A DNA stretch of 64,000 bases. Origin: the human T2T-CHM13v2.0 reference genome, Homo sapiens. Positions 41,690 to 59,370 of this stretch are shown piece by piece; position 1 is the stretch's first letter, and each line of letters starts with the position of its first letter. The translations under genes were made by a program, and so were the position numbers. Location of the stretch: NCBI RefSeq assembly GCF_009914755.1, contig NC_060938.1; one strand, written 5' to 3'. The notes beneath the pieces were generated by a model. It had not been told where the DNA came from, did no database searches, and saw only the letters and a program-made list of their open reading frames with translations.

Positions 41690-42470
41690 CATTCCCCTTA
41701 TGAACAGGAATAAAATAGGGATGCCTGTTCTCACCACTCCTGTTTAACAAGTCCTAGCCAGAGCAATCAGGCAAGAGAAAGCTATAAAAGGCATCCAAAT
41801 AGGAAATGAAGTCAAATTATCTCTCTTCACTGATGATATGATTCTACACCTAGAAATCCCTAAAGACTGTGCCAAAAGGCTCCTAGAACTGATAAAAAAA
41901 ACTTCAGCAAACTTTGAGGATTAAAAAAAATCAACATATAGAAAGAAGTATCATTTCTGTACACCAAAAATGTTTAAACTGAGAGGTAAATCAAGAGTGC
42001 AATCCTGTTTACAACAGCAACCCCCAAAATAAAATAAAAGAAAAGAAGAATATGTCTAAGCAAGGAGGTAAAGGATATCTAAAAGGAGAACTACGAAACA
42101 CTGCCGAAAGAAATCATAGATGACAAAGCAAATGGAAAACTATTCCATGCTCATGGATTAGAAAGATCAATATTGTTAAAATGGCTATACTGCCAAAAGC
42201 AATCTACACATTCAACACTATTCCTATGAAACAACCAATGTCGTTTTTCACAGAATTAGAAAAAAAATATTCTAAATTTCATATGGATTTTTAAAGAGCC
42301 CAGACAACCAAAGGAAACCTAAGCAAGAAGAACAAAGCTGGAGACATCACATTACTTGACTTCATACTATAACCTAAGGCCACAATAGACAAAATAGCAT
42401 GGTAGCGATATGAAAACAGACACAAAGACCAATGAAACAGAATAGAGAACCCGAAAATAAACATGCACCT
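41690..42470 (+). mobile_element. L1 ORF2 fragment (host of the HERV-K insertion)
   Basis: L1 RT-region sequence (ctagccagagcaatcaggcaagagaaag...ttcactgatgatatgatt); ends abruptly at ~42470. Confidence 0.85.
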
Positions 42471-43074
42471 ATAGCCATCAGCTTTCCCAGGATAACACAA
42501 AGAGAGCCAAGTGGCACCTGCACATTACGCTGTGGAAGAAAAACCCAAGCTCAAGAAACCTCAACTTGTATTATGGGAAGTTCACTTGGCTGTACCCTTC
42601 CCAAGAGGGAGAAATTATCTGCATTATACTAGACAGTAAATAAACTTTTCCTTTGTTCCAGAAGGAGGTACTGGTTTTCTATTCCAAGGCTGTTTTCTAT
42701 ACAAACATGCTTGAAAACAATCATTTGGAACAAGAAAGTCAGCGTCCATACTTGCAAAATGTGCGGAAATCAAAGAGACCCAAAAACTGTTTCTCTACCA
42801 ATTTCTATTTTTTTAAAATCACATTTTCCCCATATAATAAGCTTTTAATATGTGATAATATTCTGAAATTGTCTTAGCATTTACCCCCATTTCTGAGTCC
42901 AGAAGGATACAATAAATTTAATTTAATTTAGTAACACTTCAAATAGTAGTGATTGTAATAGCAGAGCTAGTTTGTAGCATAAAGAAAAAATAATAATATT
43001 AGGTGACACAAATAATGCTAGCCACCATTTCTAAGTGTCATGGTAAGTACAGTGATTATTTTCTTTTTTTCTGA

Positions 43075-43250
43075 CTCTTTTTTATTGTATTTTTTATTTT
43101 TTTTCCCATAGGTTATTGGGGTACGGTGGTATTTGGTTCGGGTCCATGAATAACTTCTTTACTGGTTATTTGTGAGATTTGGGTGCACCTATCACCCGAA
43201 CAGTGTACACTGCACCTTATTTGTTATCTTTTATCCCTCGCCCCCCACCC
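43075..43250 (-). mobile_element. L1PB-like 3' end
   Basis: T-rich tail followed by cataggttattggggtac...ggtgcacctatcacccgaacagtgtacactgcac. Confidence 0.75.
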
Positions 43251-43966
43251 TATTAAATAATAGACAAAAAATAATGGGTTTAGAATAAATGAGTTCAAAT
43301 GAATTGTCAAACGTATGTGGGAAAAGTGGAATCAGTTTGTGAGAAAAAGGAAAAAAACTCAACAGAAATGCTGATAAAGCATCATCCCTTCATGGCTAGA
43401 GCTGCCAGGACACTAGAACACCAAAATCAGCTAGGGAAATTTTGTAGAAGTCCCAGATGTACTAGATGTTCTGTGAATACACAGAGATATAATTATAACT
43501 GTTACCTGCATGTAGAGTAAAGATGAGAAGGCATTGGTCATGGTGGCAGCTACCTCAGGAGTTACAAAGCAGACGTGGTTCCAGGACAGTGTATGTCAGG
43601 GCAAAGCTGTCCTAGGAGGCTATTAGGAGTTGGTTATGGCATAGACATTGTAAGTCAGATGGTCTCATTACTTTCAATGACAAAACCAAAATTACTTTTG
43701 TATCAGCCTAATACAACGGCCTGGCAAGAGCACAGAAAAAGTCCCTGTGCTGTTAGGTGGGGACCTCTGATGCAGCACAATTCCTTCATTCCCTTCTCCA
43801 AAACCCCCCTCTTCCAATTCCACTGAAGAGAGAATCTGATGGAAGTGCTGTGTAAGTAGGCTCAGATATATCTACCACTATAGATAGTAGAGGTGATTCA
43901 TAAATCCAAGCCTATCAAATACATCATAAAGTTACACGTTTAATTTTTTTTTGAAATTAGGGATCA

Positions 43967-44465
43967 TGATATAAAAGTTATCAGAATCAAAACTGTCAGT
44001 AATCTTTAAAAAGAAAAGAAAAAACCTGGACAAATAGATTCAGAGAAGGCCTTGAAGAGAGGGTTCTCATGCTTCTAGGCCTGATACAAACTGTCACAAA
44101 ATACCACAAAATCCACAACCTTGCACAAAGGCCATAGCAACCTTACACAAAATACACTTCTGTGAGGACATCTATCCAACAACCACCTGCTCAAACTTCA
44201 GCTGACATCGACCTTGTTGTTGATCTTTATAGTCAAAGATAACTATAACAAAACAATTATATAAGCCTCTTCATTTTTCCTTTATTTTTTTCTACTCCCC
44301 CATAATTCCAGGTTGATCGCTTTTCTTTTAAAGACCTTGTCTTCCTTTACCATTTGAATCTACACAGTTTGCTTTGTCATGCATATTCCCATTGCAGTGT
44401 CCTCCTCCCTAAGATGTGTCTTTTTCCTTTAGAGAACCTTTCTCTGTTTGTTATTTAGGTTTACA
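43967..44465 (+). mobile_element. Class I ERV solo LTR (MER34/MER39-like, subfamily uncertain)
   Basis: ccacaaccttgcacaaaggccat...cttctgtgaggacatct; ends tctctgtttgttatttaggtttaca. Confidence 0.55.
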
Positions 44466-46809
44466 ATGAGAAGGCGTGTAAAGTAATTTTACTGTCTTCC
44501 TAGGAAAAAATCACTGACTTATATTTATATTTATTTATTTACATTCCTGGGGATGAGGAATTAAAGATTTCACAAATTTTCTTATTGAGAAGATCCAAGT
44601 TTTCATGTGAGCAAAACTGAATATGTAAATTGATATGTAAATTATGCTGCAGATAATATGCTCAAATGTTTACTTGTATTTAATTTGTTACACATGAATA
44701 TTGCATATGTAAGATAATATACTAAGAAATTATCACATTTAATGAAATGCTTTAATCAAATTCCTGATTGAATTTTTGATATCAATATCTTTTTCCTTGT
44801 TTAATCCATCTTTAGAGTGAACAGGGCTGTCTAGGCCAAAGTCCTCACTTCTATCTAAATTGTCTGAGTTACAGAACTTTTTGAATTTATTATGTTGTCA
44901 CAGGAAGTTTCTTATTGCTTGCTTAAAGGAGTCGCTCTCAATATGATGCGGAATCCAAAAGCACTGAAGGGCATATATCCTGAGTTTCTGTTACTGAAGC
45001 CAAAGGTTGCCAATTTCTTGTAGATCCTGCTAGAGTTAAACTTCATTTAAGTAATCATTAAAAGCTGCATTTATTCCCTCACTTGAACTTTTGATTTCAC
45101 ACTATTAGGACTAATCCTCTAAGTCTTTGCTAAGTTATGTTCCTCCTTTTCTTGTGGCTTGACTCTGATGCTCTCTATATGCAACATCAATTGATGTAAA
45201 GTACATTCAGGGCAATAGAGTTTCTTTAAATATTACTTTGTTATTCAAAATAATCACAAAAGCACTCATCGTAGGAAAACTTGTGAGGACTCAAATATAG
45301 GGAAATACTTTTTCTTTCTAAGGCACAATTCTCTAAAGAAGTTCACCTTAATTTGAATATACATGGGAAAATATCCTTGTTCACTAATAGTCTATATTCA
45401 CTCTGTTTTCTTCCCTCATAGACCAGCCGGTTCACTATTATTTTCCAAATGATGTGTGCCTCTCTAGAGTCCAGGCTATCTGCATATCTAATTTTTCCCA
45501 CAAATTACTGTTTTGAATTGCACTGAATTCAATTCAAGGGGATGTCATTTATAAACAGTGCAAATATATACTGCACGAGGGATCTTAGAACTCATACACA
45601 TGGTTTGATCCATAAGCTCATATGAGCGTGCAATGTCAACTTTTTTCATGTTTTTTTTTAAGTCCACTTAAATTCTATTTTAAGCCACCATCTGCCAGTG
45701 CTGTTAGGGCAGTTAGCCTTCAATCATTTTAAGATGGTCCCCTCTAAGTACCGTGATAGTGATAGAGATATCACCAGTCAGGTGTCCTAGGAAGCCGACT
45801 CCGAGTTGGAGATTTGCATGCAAGGAGGTTGAAATGATATTCCCAACACCTGTGGGAGAGTGAAAGCAATAGGATTGGGCGGAGCAGGAAGTCGGCTAGA
45901 ATGCAATCACTATCATGGCTGCAGTCCACTCTACAGGGATCTTGGTGAGTTTACCTAATGACCTGGAATTGGAGCAAGAAAACCAGGCCATTATATTTCT
46001 GTACCAAGCAGTTCTCGGATGTGGGATGCCTTGAGAAGGGATATGAACTTGGATGAAGGAACTTTACTGTGCTGTGAGTATTGTTGCCAGGAGTCAGCTG
46101 TCAACACTCCCAGGAGACGGGAAATTATGCTTTAGTCACTGAGGCGGCATCTAGTGTCAGACCGCAGCCTTGTTAAACAGAGCCAGACTTTGGAGGATGG
46201 TTGGTGGGTTTAAAATTTGGGGCTTTACATCTTGTCCCCACAAGCTGCTGCTGGCCTCTTCCTTGTCCATTTCTGTGTGGCCTGTTTAGGCCCCCCAGCT
46301 TCCTGCTTCTTCTTTACCATAATTGGAATGCAAAAATCTACACGTAATTTGGCCCATGGTCCCTTCTGCTTAGACATATCCTTGTAGCTACTTTTTTTTT
46401 AAAAGATGACTATGCTTTCTAGAATATTTCTAAGAAATTGCCTAAGTCACCACTGTTCACCAAGAGGCCTTTGTTTTTTCCTCTTCTTAACCATGGGAAA
46501 GGAATGTAGGAGGGTAGGGAGTGGATATTTTCTAACCTGGAAAAAACTCATTTTACCCTATATAATTTTTGTTAGCAAATTCCTTCTTTGCACTTACTCC
46601 ACAATCTTTCCAAATTCTCCCAAATGCTCAAGCTTTTAAAAAAGAAAAGACAGAAAGATAGCAGGTTATTAGGTTTTCCACCAAACCTTTTCTTTCTATT
46701 CCTTTACATCAGTGAGCTTAGAATATCTCTGCTCCTGGAACTGGGAAAGGGACTTGGGAAAAGAAAGAAAAAAAAAGCTCCCAAAGTTTAACATCACAAA
46801 ACATTATAG

Positions 46810-47122
<313 letters not shown>

Positions 47123-47767
47123 GAGTGACCCTGCTTTGTAAGTTTTACATCATATATCCCCTGTGTTAGACCAAGAGCTTGTAAAAGCCAGAAGACATAC
47201 ACCATTTATAGTTCAATTAGAGATGTTCACTGATAAAACTGATTCTTCCATCTGAGGGTGGTATTTGTAGTTACAGTAATGTAGATCACAATCTAAGTTA
47301 TGTTCTATAAACTGTGTCACTGACATCTCAATCTACAGCTAACTTTGATTTTTTAAAAGCAGAGGAGTGGGTTGTATAGGTTTAGAAATACATCCATCAA
47401 GCTAGTTAAGTGAGATGGATTCAAGCCTTCAACTCACTGGAATATTTACCAAATTGACTATTCATTAGCTAAAGGAGCCATATAAACAAGGTACTTTTTA
47501 AAATTCAAAATTATGTAAGGTTTTATTTCCTTTTTATGTTGTTATGAATTGGATTGTAGAGGTTATAAGGTAAAATAAGATTACTTTTACAGTAAAACAT
47601 ACAACACATTGTCGCAAGAGGGCAGCCTTTGAACACGAATTGCTTCTCAGGCATTCCTTGAAATTTTGAGAGTTACTTTAATTAACACAACAAAATAATA
47701 AAACACTACAGAGGATCTAAGAAGATACTTTGACTTATGCATATTGTTACTTTTTTATTACTGCTAG

Positions 47768-47791
47768 TGGAAGATGTAATCGACAAGAAAG
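47768..47791 (+). other. Candidate 24-nt exon
   Basis: T-rich tract ...ttttttattactgctag| and donor AAG|GTAAGG. Confidence 0.3.
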
Positions 47792-49564
47792 GTAAGGGCT
47801 GAATTTGTTTTATGTAAAAAGACAAATTTCTTTGGGTTTTAGCTTTCAAACATCAAGATAGTAGGTCAATGTCTAAATGAGTGTATCAAAGTTCTCACAA
47901 TGGCACATGTAAATCCACCTCTTGTCTACCCAAAACTCTAACCAAGCAAAGGCAAGTTGGAAGAATCAGACAAATGTAAGTCCCTAGGATACATAAATGC
48001 CACGGGATTTTATGTTTTTAACTTTCAACCACCTAAGTTTCACTAAGAGACATGTTATTTGGAGAGGTTGCTAAAGTGTATTTGTATGATGTCTCTGTTT
48101 ACGGTTGGTCTGGACCTCTTTCTGTCCAGTGGTTGCCCTCAACTGATGAGAGTTACCTCTCTAAAGATCATGCTTACGTCTCTGGAGCAGACCACAGCAC
48201 TATCAATGTCTGACGTCCACCTTTTTCCAATTAATATTTCTGTACTTACTGAATTGGAAAACATACAGGTGTTTTTTGCCTGGTCACTTGTGGTTTTACA
48301 ACACTCCCCCCGCTTCCCCACCACTGCCCCAGGTGATTTTGATGCCAGCCAAAGTGTGAGAACTACTGGCAGCTGCTGGCAGACAGCAGCAAAGGCCCAA
48401 ATCCTCTGTGTGATTTCAAGACCCGTATCTGGTTTTCAGCCATATTTCCTTCTCCTTCTCACAGCTGAGTCCACTCCTCCTCCCTCACCACCTGTAGGCT
48501 ATGCTTTCCAGCCTGTGTCCAGGATTAGTCCTGATGTAAGGCACGTGGGGTTTAAGGAGCTCTCTCTTCAGTCTTATTTCCACACCATCTCTGACAGATA
48601 TATTCCAGTTGTAATCATGGGGCTACCTCCTCTTGTTTCCAGTCCCATGCTCGTTTTCTCTATCACATTCTACCTTGTAATAACCTAAATCTTCTGGTGG
48701 GCAACCTTCTTCCTCAATCAAATTTGTGTTTATGATTGTGTTGGGGATTGGCATAGTAATCCAGGTACTGCTACTGCCTTGAAAGCGGAGAATGCATCCT
48801 TCTGTCTGGATATCTTGAGTTTCTGGATTGTAAACCTTATTAAGGCCCATTTTTCCTAGAATTGGAGCCTCTACTTTGTTCTTGCTACTTTAGTTCACCC
48901 AGAAAGCACGATCTCTGCCTAAATTTCAAAGTGTTGGCTAGTTTAAATATCCTTTTGTGAGACTTTTGTCTTCCTGCGGGGTGATTTTTTCATCTTACAT
49001 ATCATTGCTAATCTTTTTACCTTGAATGTAATTGAAATAGTTTTAATCTGTGTTACCAGCAACAAGAACCCCTTTTATGAGATGAAGAGGCCAGGTCAGT
49101 CTCATAACGTGTGTCCCCCTCCGTGTGTTGAATTTATGTCAGAGCCAGGTTCTTTCCTATTTGATGTCTCTCACAAAATTCCAGTGTTTATGTCCTAGGA
49201 GGTGCCCAATAAATTCTAGAGTTGATACAAGCTGTAATTTTAGAGAAATTAAATTAGCAAGTAGAATTAGATTATATACAACCTAATCAACTTTTTTTTT
49301 TTTCCTGAGGATGACCAAGATTTGGGCTTCAGTGACAATAGTTATCCCCTAAATATTTATACTCAATCTAGGATCACCAGTAAAATTTTGAATAGAGGTG
49401 ATGAACACACACATCCTTTTCTTGTCCTAATCTATGTGGTTTAAACATTTACGCTTTCACAATTAAATATAATATTGTTTATATGTTTTGTTGTGGATGC
49501 TTTCCACCACTTCGAGAAAATTTCTTTTTCTAGCTTGCTGAGAGTTTTTTTTTTTTTTTAATCA

Positions 49565-50185
49565 GCAATAGATATTTCTCCAAAGAAAATATCCAAATTA
49601 CCAACAGGTACATGAAAAAAATGCTCAGCATCACTAATCATCAGGGAAATGCAAATCAAAACCACAAAGAGATATTGCCTCAAGCCTGTTAGAATGGTCT
49701 TATTAAAACAAAAAGATAACGAGTGTTAACAATGGGGAGAAATTGGAACACTTGTACAGTGTTTCTGGGAAAGTAAAACTGTGCAGCCTCTATGGAAAAC
49801 AGTACAGTTGTTCCTCAAAAAAATTAAGAAAGTAGAACTACCATATGATCTAGCAATCTCACTTCAGGTTATTTATCAGAAAGAATTGAGATTGGGATGA
49901 TTCTCAGGCTCATTGCAGCATTATTTACACTAATCAAAATGTGGAAATAAGGTTAATGTTTATTGGCAGATGAATAGATAAAGAAAATGTGGTATATTCA
50001 TACAACGGAATATTATTCAGCTTTAAAACAAGAAAATCCGGCAATATGCAACATGGATGAACCTAGAGGACATTAATGCTACGTAAAGTAAATCAGTCAC
50101 AGAAGGACAAACTGTATGATTCCACTTGTATAAAGTATCTAAGATAGCCAAATTAATTAGAATCACAGATTAGAATGGTGATAGC
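49565..50185 (+). mobile_element. L1MB-type 3' fragment
   Basis: atgctcagcatcactaatcatcagggaaatgcaaatcaaaaccac...acatggatgaacctagaggacatt...cagtcacagaaggacaaa. Confidence 0.8.
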
Positions 50186-53700
<3,515 letters not shown>

Positions 53701-55729
53701 TTTTCTGTTTCTCATTACCATCAAATGTGTATTTAATTTTTTTTAGAGTTAATAGTTTTTTTCCCTGCATTTGAGTTAGACCTGAGCTACTACCACATTT
53801 TGTAATTCAAACTTTTTGTCTAACAATGTTTTAAAAAACTCTTTATTTGGAGGGAATTCTCAAATTTCTAAATACTCTACAAACATTAGGATCAGGGCTC
53901 ACATTCCCAGTTTCCCTTGTAGCCAGATGTGCATATGGAACATGGCCTCAGCTAATGAAGCATACCCACATATTTGAAAGTAAGAAAAGTGTTAAGAGGA
54001 ACTGTAGATATCATTTTAGTTGATGTAAGGATGGAAAATAAATAACCAACTTTCACTGGTGGACTTTGTCTTCAATCATTGTTTTCCCGTGGGTAAGTGG
54101 CTAATTTTCTGGCCTAGAGGTGAAATTGGTGTGTTGGTAAGAATTGATTTAATGATAACCTGCTTTTGTCTTTTTAAAAATTGTGAATCCACCATTGTTT
54201 CTGGTCCTGTTTTATACTTATGCAGTGTATAATCTCTCATGCAAAATTTAGTTCTTTGTTTCTCAGCTTAAACTGGATTTTGATGAGCAGTTTTCACCTT
54301 CAAATGAAAGAAATGGCCTTGGTTGATGTTAGACAAAAGTAACAAGAAGGAATTAAAGAAATTTGTTTGTCATCTTGTAACATTAAATAAATGAAACTGA
54401 AAATTCAACAATTCTGCTTCATAAAAAAGTAGAAAGTTTCTACTGTTTTTCATTATTTTCAAAGCTATATCATTAAATGAAATTTCTGCCTCATGGAAGG
54501 TTTTTAGAACTATGTAATAATACCATACAGACCATTAGGAGAGAAATGAATAAAGACTGAAAGAAGTAAGCACTGTGTGGTAACATAGATGACGCACAGT
54601 TGTGTGCGTGGAGCCCTAATACATTTGACCATGGAATTTATACAATAAATGTCAGTTTCCTGTGAACCTGATAATTTATATGACTTTCGCAGACCTTTCC
54701 TTAACCTAAACTGTTTAGGTTTCCTGTCGACAGACTGCATGTATTCTCACCTTTAACCTTTCCATAATCTTCCCTAATTACAGATGTCATTGATTCTTAA
54801 TAGCAAAAGAACAGCAGTAGCTTATAAAGTTATATTATTTGTTTTTTACTAATATGTGAAGTGATTTTGTCTTTCATTTCACCTCTAGAGCTAATTATGT
54901 CTTCTAGGTTAACAAAAATTCCAGATCATACCATCATTAGTTTAAACTTTACAATGAAATCATTATTTCCATTTATTACTAGCCTGCATTATAGCAATGT
55001 TTAGCTAATGAATTCTCAAAATATTTCTTGAAAGGTGAAAGAGTACCTCAAGTAAATGGTGTAATTAATTTATTTATCAGAATTTTAAATTAAGTGTTCT
55101 GTTTAATCTCAAAGGGGTACCAATGAAGTCAGGGCATAAGGACTCTGTGGTTAATAAAATGGCAAGAATTAAAAAGGATTATTACATTTTTCCTCATACT
55201 ATGATGGCTATAATTTTTTAAAACAGTAGAAATGTTTAATTTTTAAAGGCTACTAGTGTCTATTTCATTCAAAGATGTGAGCTCTTCAGTTCAACTTGTT
55301 GTTTGAAATTTGAACAGCTTTTTCTTGCTCTTGTTCAATACAGTTATTTAACAGTCCAGGCAGGCCTCCGGAGTTACATATATGTATGTGGCTATGTGTG
55401 TATATATACATAGAAGTACAAATAGCATATAAACAATTTACATAAGACTTTTGCTTTTGATGAAAATTCTTCTAAAAGTGAATATAAATTAATAGCATAT
55501 GGAGCCTACAAAAATTGTCCAATAGGGAACTAAGAAAAGATAATTTGTGAAGAAAAAGTTTGCTAAAACAGACTTTTTATTTTTACATGTAATAACTTTA
55601 TATTGAAGGGTTTCCAGAAATATAAAATGTTATAGGGCACTTATCCTGAGACACATGAAGGAGACAAGGGATAGAGCTAGGATGGAAGTGAAAATAAAGG
55701 ACAAATAGAGATAGATACTTAAGTGGAAA

Positions 55730-55979
55730 TGAAACACTGCATGTTCTCACTCATAGGTGGGAATTGAACAATGAGAACACATGCACACAGGAAGGGGAAC
55801 ATCACACACCAGGGCCTGTTGTGGGGTGGGGAGAGGGGGTAGGGATAGCATTAGGAGATATACCTAATGCTAAATGACGAGTTAATGGGTGCAGCACACC
55901 AACATGACACATGTATACATATGTAATTAAACTGCACGTTGTGCACATGTGCCCTAAAACTTAAAGTATAAAAAAAAAA
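55730..55979 (+). mobile_element. L1PA 3' end (5'-truncated)
   Basis: catgttctcactcataggtgggaattgaacaatgagaacac...ccctaaaacttaaagtat followed by poly(A). Confidence 0.92.
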
Positions 55980-56462
55980 TCATCAAACAGGTGGTAATTT
56001 CAAAACATGGCTTTTCCAGGCAGCAAATTTTCTGAATGTATCGCAAAAGAAGATAAATTGCATGTCTATGTAGATCATGTCAATGAAATAAACAGCAAAG
56101 TTACTTATTGGAATATTGAAAGTGGTTGATAGTAAATAAATTATTTATATTTATGGTAAAAGCAATAAACTTGATTTTTAGGGGGTTCAATGACTTCCTG
56201 AAAATATCCTCTCACAGATTTTCTCAGAGTGTCTAGTTGGCAAAAGCACAGCTCCAAATAGCTATTTCTGTCAACGTCTACAGAACATTTACAGTTTGAT
56301 TTCCATTTCTACTGACCTTACAAATTTGTAAAGTGAATGCCCACCAGGACAAAATATTAAGTGATAAAATTAATTGGATCCTACAAGTGCAAATCTAGGC
56401 AAGGAAAATCTTCTTCCTTCTTAATGAATGATTTTTATGTCTCTTCATTCTTGTCCTTCTAG

Positions 56463-56510
56463 GTAGAGCAACACTCTGGAGACCTTCTTTCGAGGCATTT
56501 CACCACCAGA
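56463..56510 (+). other. Candidate 48-nt exon
   Basis: Strong acceptor tctcttcattcttgtccttctag|G and donor AGA|GTAAGT. Confidence 0.45.
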
Positions 56511-57887
56511 GTAAGTGTGATGTGTGAGTAATTAGTCCACCCACAGGGAGCTGGTGAAATTAAATGGGAAGTTATTTCCTAACTGGCATATCTTGGAGTA
56601 AAATTAATCTAATAACAGCTTTCATAAGAGAGCATAAGCTTAAAAGACAACATTTTTCATTCAACTTTACCAAACAAAGTGCAAATTTAGGTGTCCAGTT
56701 GTGAAGTTTTGTTGTGTGTGGATTGTACAGTGAAGGTACCAGTGGACAACAGTTGCTCATCAAGAAAGTTTATACAAAAGCTTTCGGACAAGTCCAACTC
56801 TAGATAAAATTCTAAAGTATTTCATGCTTGTGTTCAGAGTTTCTTTTTCTCTATCCAAGGTAACCCACATATCAAAAGACATATGGGTTGTGGGTAGAAC
56901 TTCCTAAAATTGTTGGTGAGAAGTGTGCCATGCATAAGCATACTTCACTAGCTTGAATTTTCTGTTAGTCTCACAGGCAACAATTACAATCCTGTATGTT
57001 TTTCTATCTCCACACACTCCTGAACATAGAAAGACCAAGTAACATCCCTGGTTAAGATGTGTACAGGTTACAAGACATGTCTAAATATATTCACCAAGAG
57101 GTTTATTATTTTCACAGTGGCATTCACTAAATCAGTTGTCAGTGTAGCATTACTCAAGGAATAAGCAGGGTCTTTAATTTATCAAAGTTTGGAGTGCACC
57201 CCAAGTTGGATCACTGAAGCACATAACTATAGATAAGATCACTCAAAAGCACAAATCCAGGTAATAAATATTCAGTAGTAGTTTATATGCATTTAGCAAT
57301 TTGAATGCTGGGAAGTGTAGCCCAGAAAATCAATCGACTTGGAGCTATTAAAGAGGCATTCATGGCACCTGCACTTTGAATCTCTTCAGACTCAGGTTAA
57401 ACAGGAGACATGGTAGCTCATGTATAGTGCAAAAACCCTTCCTCTTTCCCTTTTTATCTATGAAACTACCCTTTTCAATGTTATCTAGATGCCTGAAGGT
57501 ATGAATAACCTTGATCTTGGTAAAAAATGGTACCATCCATCAGCAAAATCTCACTGATCAGTGTCTATGTTACCTCACTGAGTTAGCCTTTTGTGTTGTT
57601 GTGGTCCAGAATGACAATGTTGACACAATCCAAACCAGTAGTTGGAAAGTTAATGTTGGATGCGTCTTTGATAATTGATGGAATGACCTGAAATCAAATG
57701 TGAGGCAGTGGAGACACAAGAATGCTATTCAGGAAGTTAGTGATCTGTGGAGATACTAAATGAAATATCTGGAAGGAAATGTAATCTTGCAACTATGCTT
57801 TTATGTGTTTTTTGACATAAAAAGTTTCTATTTATGGTGGAGCTAGAGTGTCCATTTCCCATGAAGTTCCCATAGTGTTAACTAATA

Positions 57888-58262
57888 CAGTCATGTGTCA
57901 CTTAATGACAGCGGTGTGTCTGAGAAATGCATTGCTGGACAATTTTATTATTGTATGAACATCACAGAGTTTACTTACACAAACCTAGATGCTATAGCTG
58001 ATTACATATCTAGGTTAGGTGGTATAGCCTATTCCTCCTAGGCTACAAACCTGTGCAGCATGTTACTGTACTGAATACTGTAGGCAATTGTAACACAACA
58101 GTTAAGTATATCTATACTTACTTATATCTATACAGTAAGTGTATCTATACATGTCTAAACATACAAGAGGTACAGTAAAAGTACAGCGTTATGATTTTAT
58201 TGCACCACTGTCATACATGTGCACTATCCTTGACCAAAATGTTGTTATGTGATGCATGATTG
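57888..58262. mobile_element. Tigger3a/MER7-type non-autonomous DNA transposon
   Basis: Imperfect TIRs cagtcatgtgtcacttaatgac / gttgttatgtgatgcatgattg, flanked by TA on both sides. Confidence 0.85.
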
Positions 58263-59191
58263 TAACAAAAGAATTAATTAAATATAATATTGAAGTGCCT
58301 ATTGAGATTTCAATGAAGAGAGGAATATTTGTAAATTCTGATTACCTTAAGTGGGAATTGACTTTCTTCCTGTTTCCATGGCTGTTCTTGTGAAAGAACA
58401 TAGCTTTCCAAAGACCTGAAATCTCTGACAAATCTTGCAATTCTCTATTGCCTGCATTATGAAGGTCACCTGGTATCAAATGAGGCAAAATGGTAGATTA
58501 TAAAGACCTGTACTTGTCAGTTCCTAAACATAGCAAGCCTTGGTCTATCTTGAACATTTCTGCAGTTATAAATGAGCCTTGGGTCATGATTTTCTGCCTT
58601 TTTATCATAGACAAGATTTAATTTAGGAGATGTCCTTTTAATGTGTAATGTGAATAGTAAGTGACACTTATGAAGCCTATTTTCTTCCAGCCATTTTAAT
58701 TGTCAAATCTGTCCAGTCAAGATGCATTGTTAGAGGCTTCACTGACAACACCGTCTGTGTGTGTGGTTGTGTGTGTGTGTATACATACATATGATTGAGC
58801 AGGATTTATTGTAAGTCAAAACAGTCTCAAATTTCTTAGGACAATACAGCTTCCTTGGCCATTCCCTTGGAGCTCTGAGTTGAGGAGCTGGTGATGTGTA
58901 TTTCTCTTGCATGTTCTCCACATTATCCCTATGCAGACCTTCCATGGGCTTGGTTTTGGAACCAGTGATGAGGAAGATCACTAGAATTGTTGTTGTCAAA
59001 AAGATTCCTCCATTCTTCTGTATAAGCAATGGCAATTTTCCCTGACCAATATTTCTTCTTTTGAAATGGTAAATTTTGAATATTAACTGATTAGTATAAT
59101 CCCATAAAATAACAAAGTTTGAGCCCTATGTTCTGTATTTTAGGCTAAAGTTGTGTTTTATGCTAAATCATCATTTACTCCATGTATGATC

Positions 59192-59370
59192 TTTTTTTTT
59201 TTTTTTTTTTTTGAGACAGAGTCTCACACTGTCACTCAGGCTGGAGTGCAGTGGCACAATTTTGGCTTACTGCAAGCTCCGCCTCCCAGGTGCACACCAT
59301 CCTCCTGCTTCAGCCTCCTGAGTAGCTGGGACTACAGGTGCCCACCACCACACCCAGCTAATTGTTTTTT
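59192..59370 (-). mobile_element. AluY right arm
   Basis: Poly(T) followed by antisense right monomer only. Confidence 0.88.

Noticed and set aside
48059-48688. Longest ORF in the window (209 aa, + strand)
   Set aside because: Starts at TTG, has no recognisable domain, no promoter or splice context, and a composition typical of non-coding DNA. The opposite strand shows only a faint ERVL-gag-like AENQ that I cannot support.
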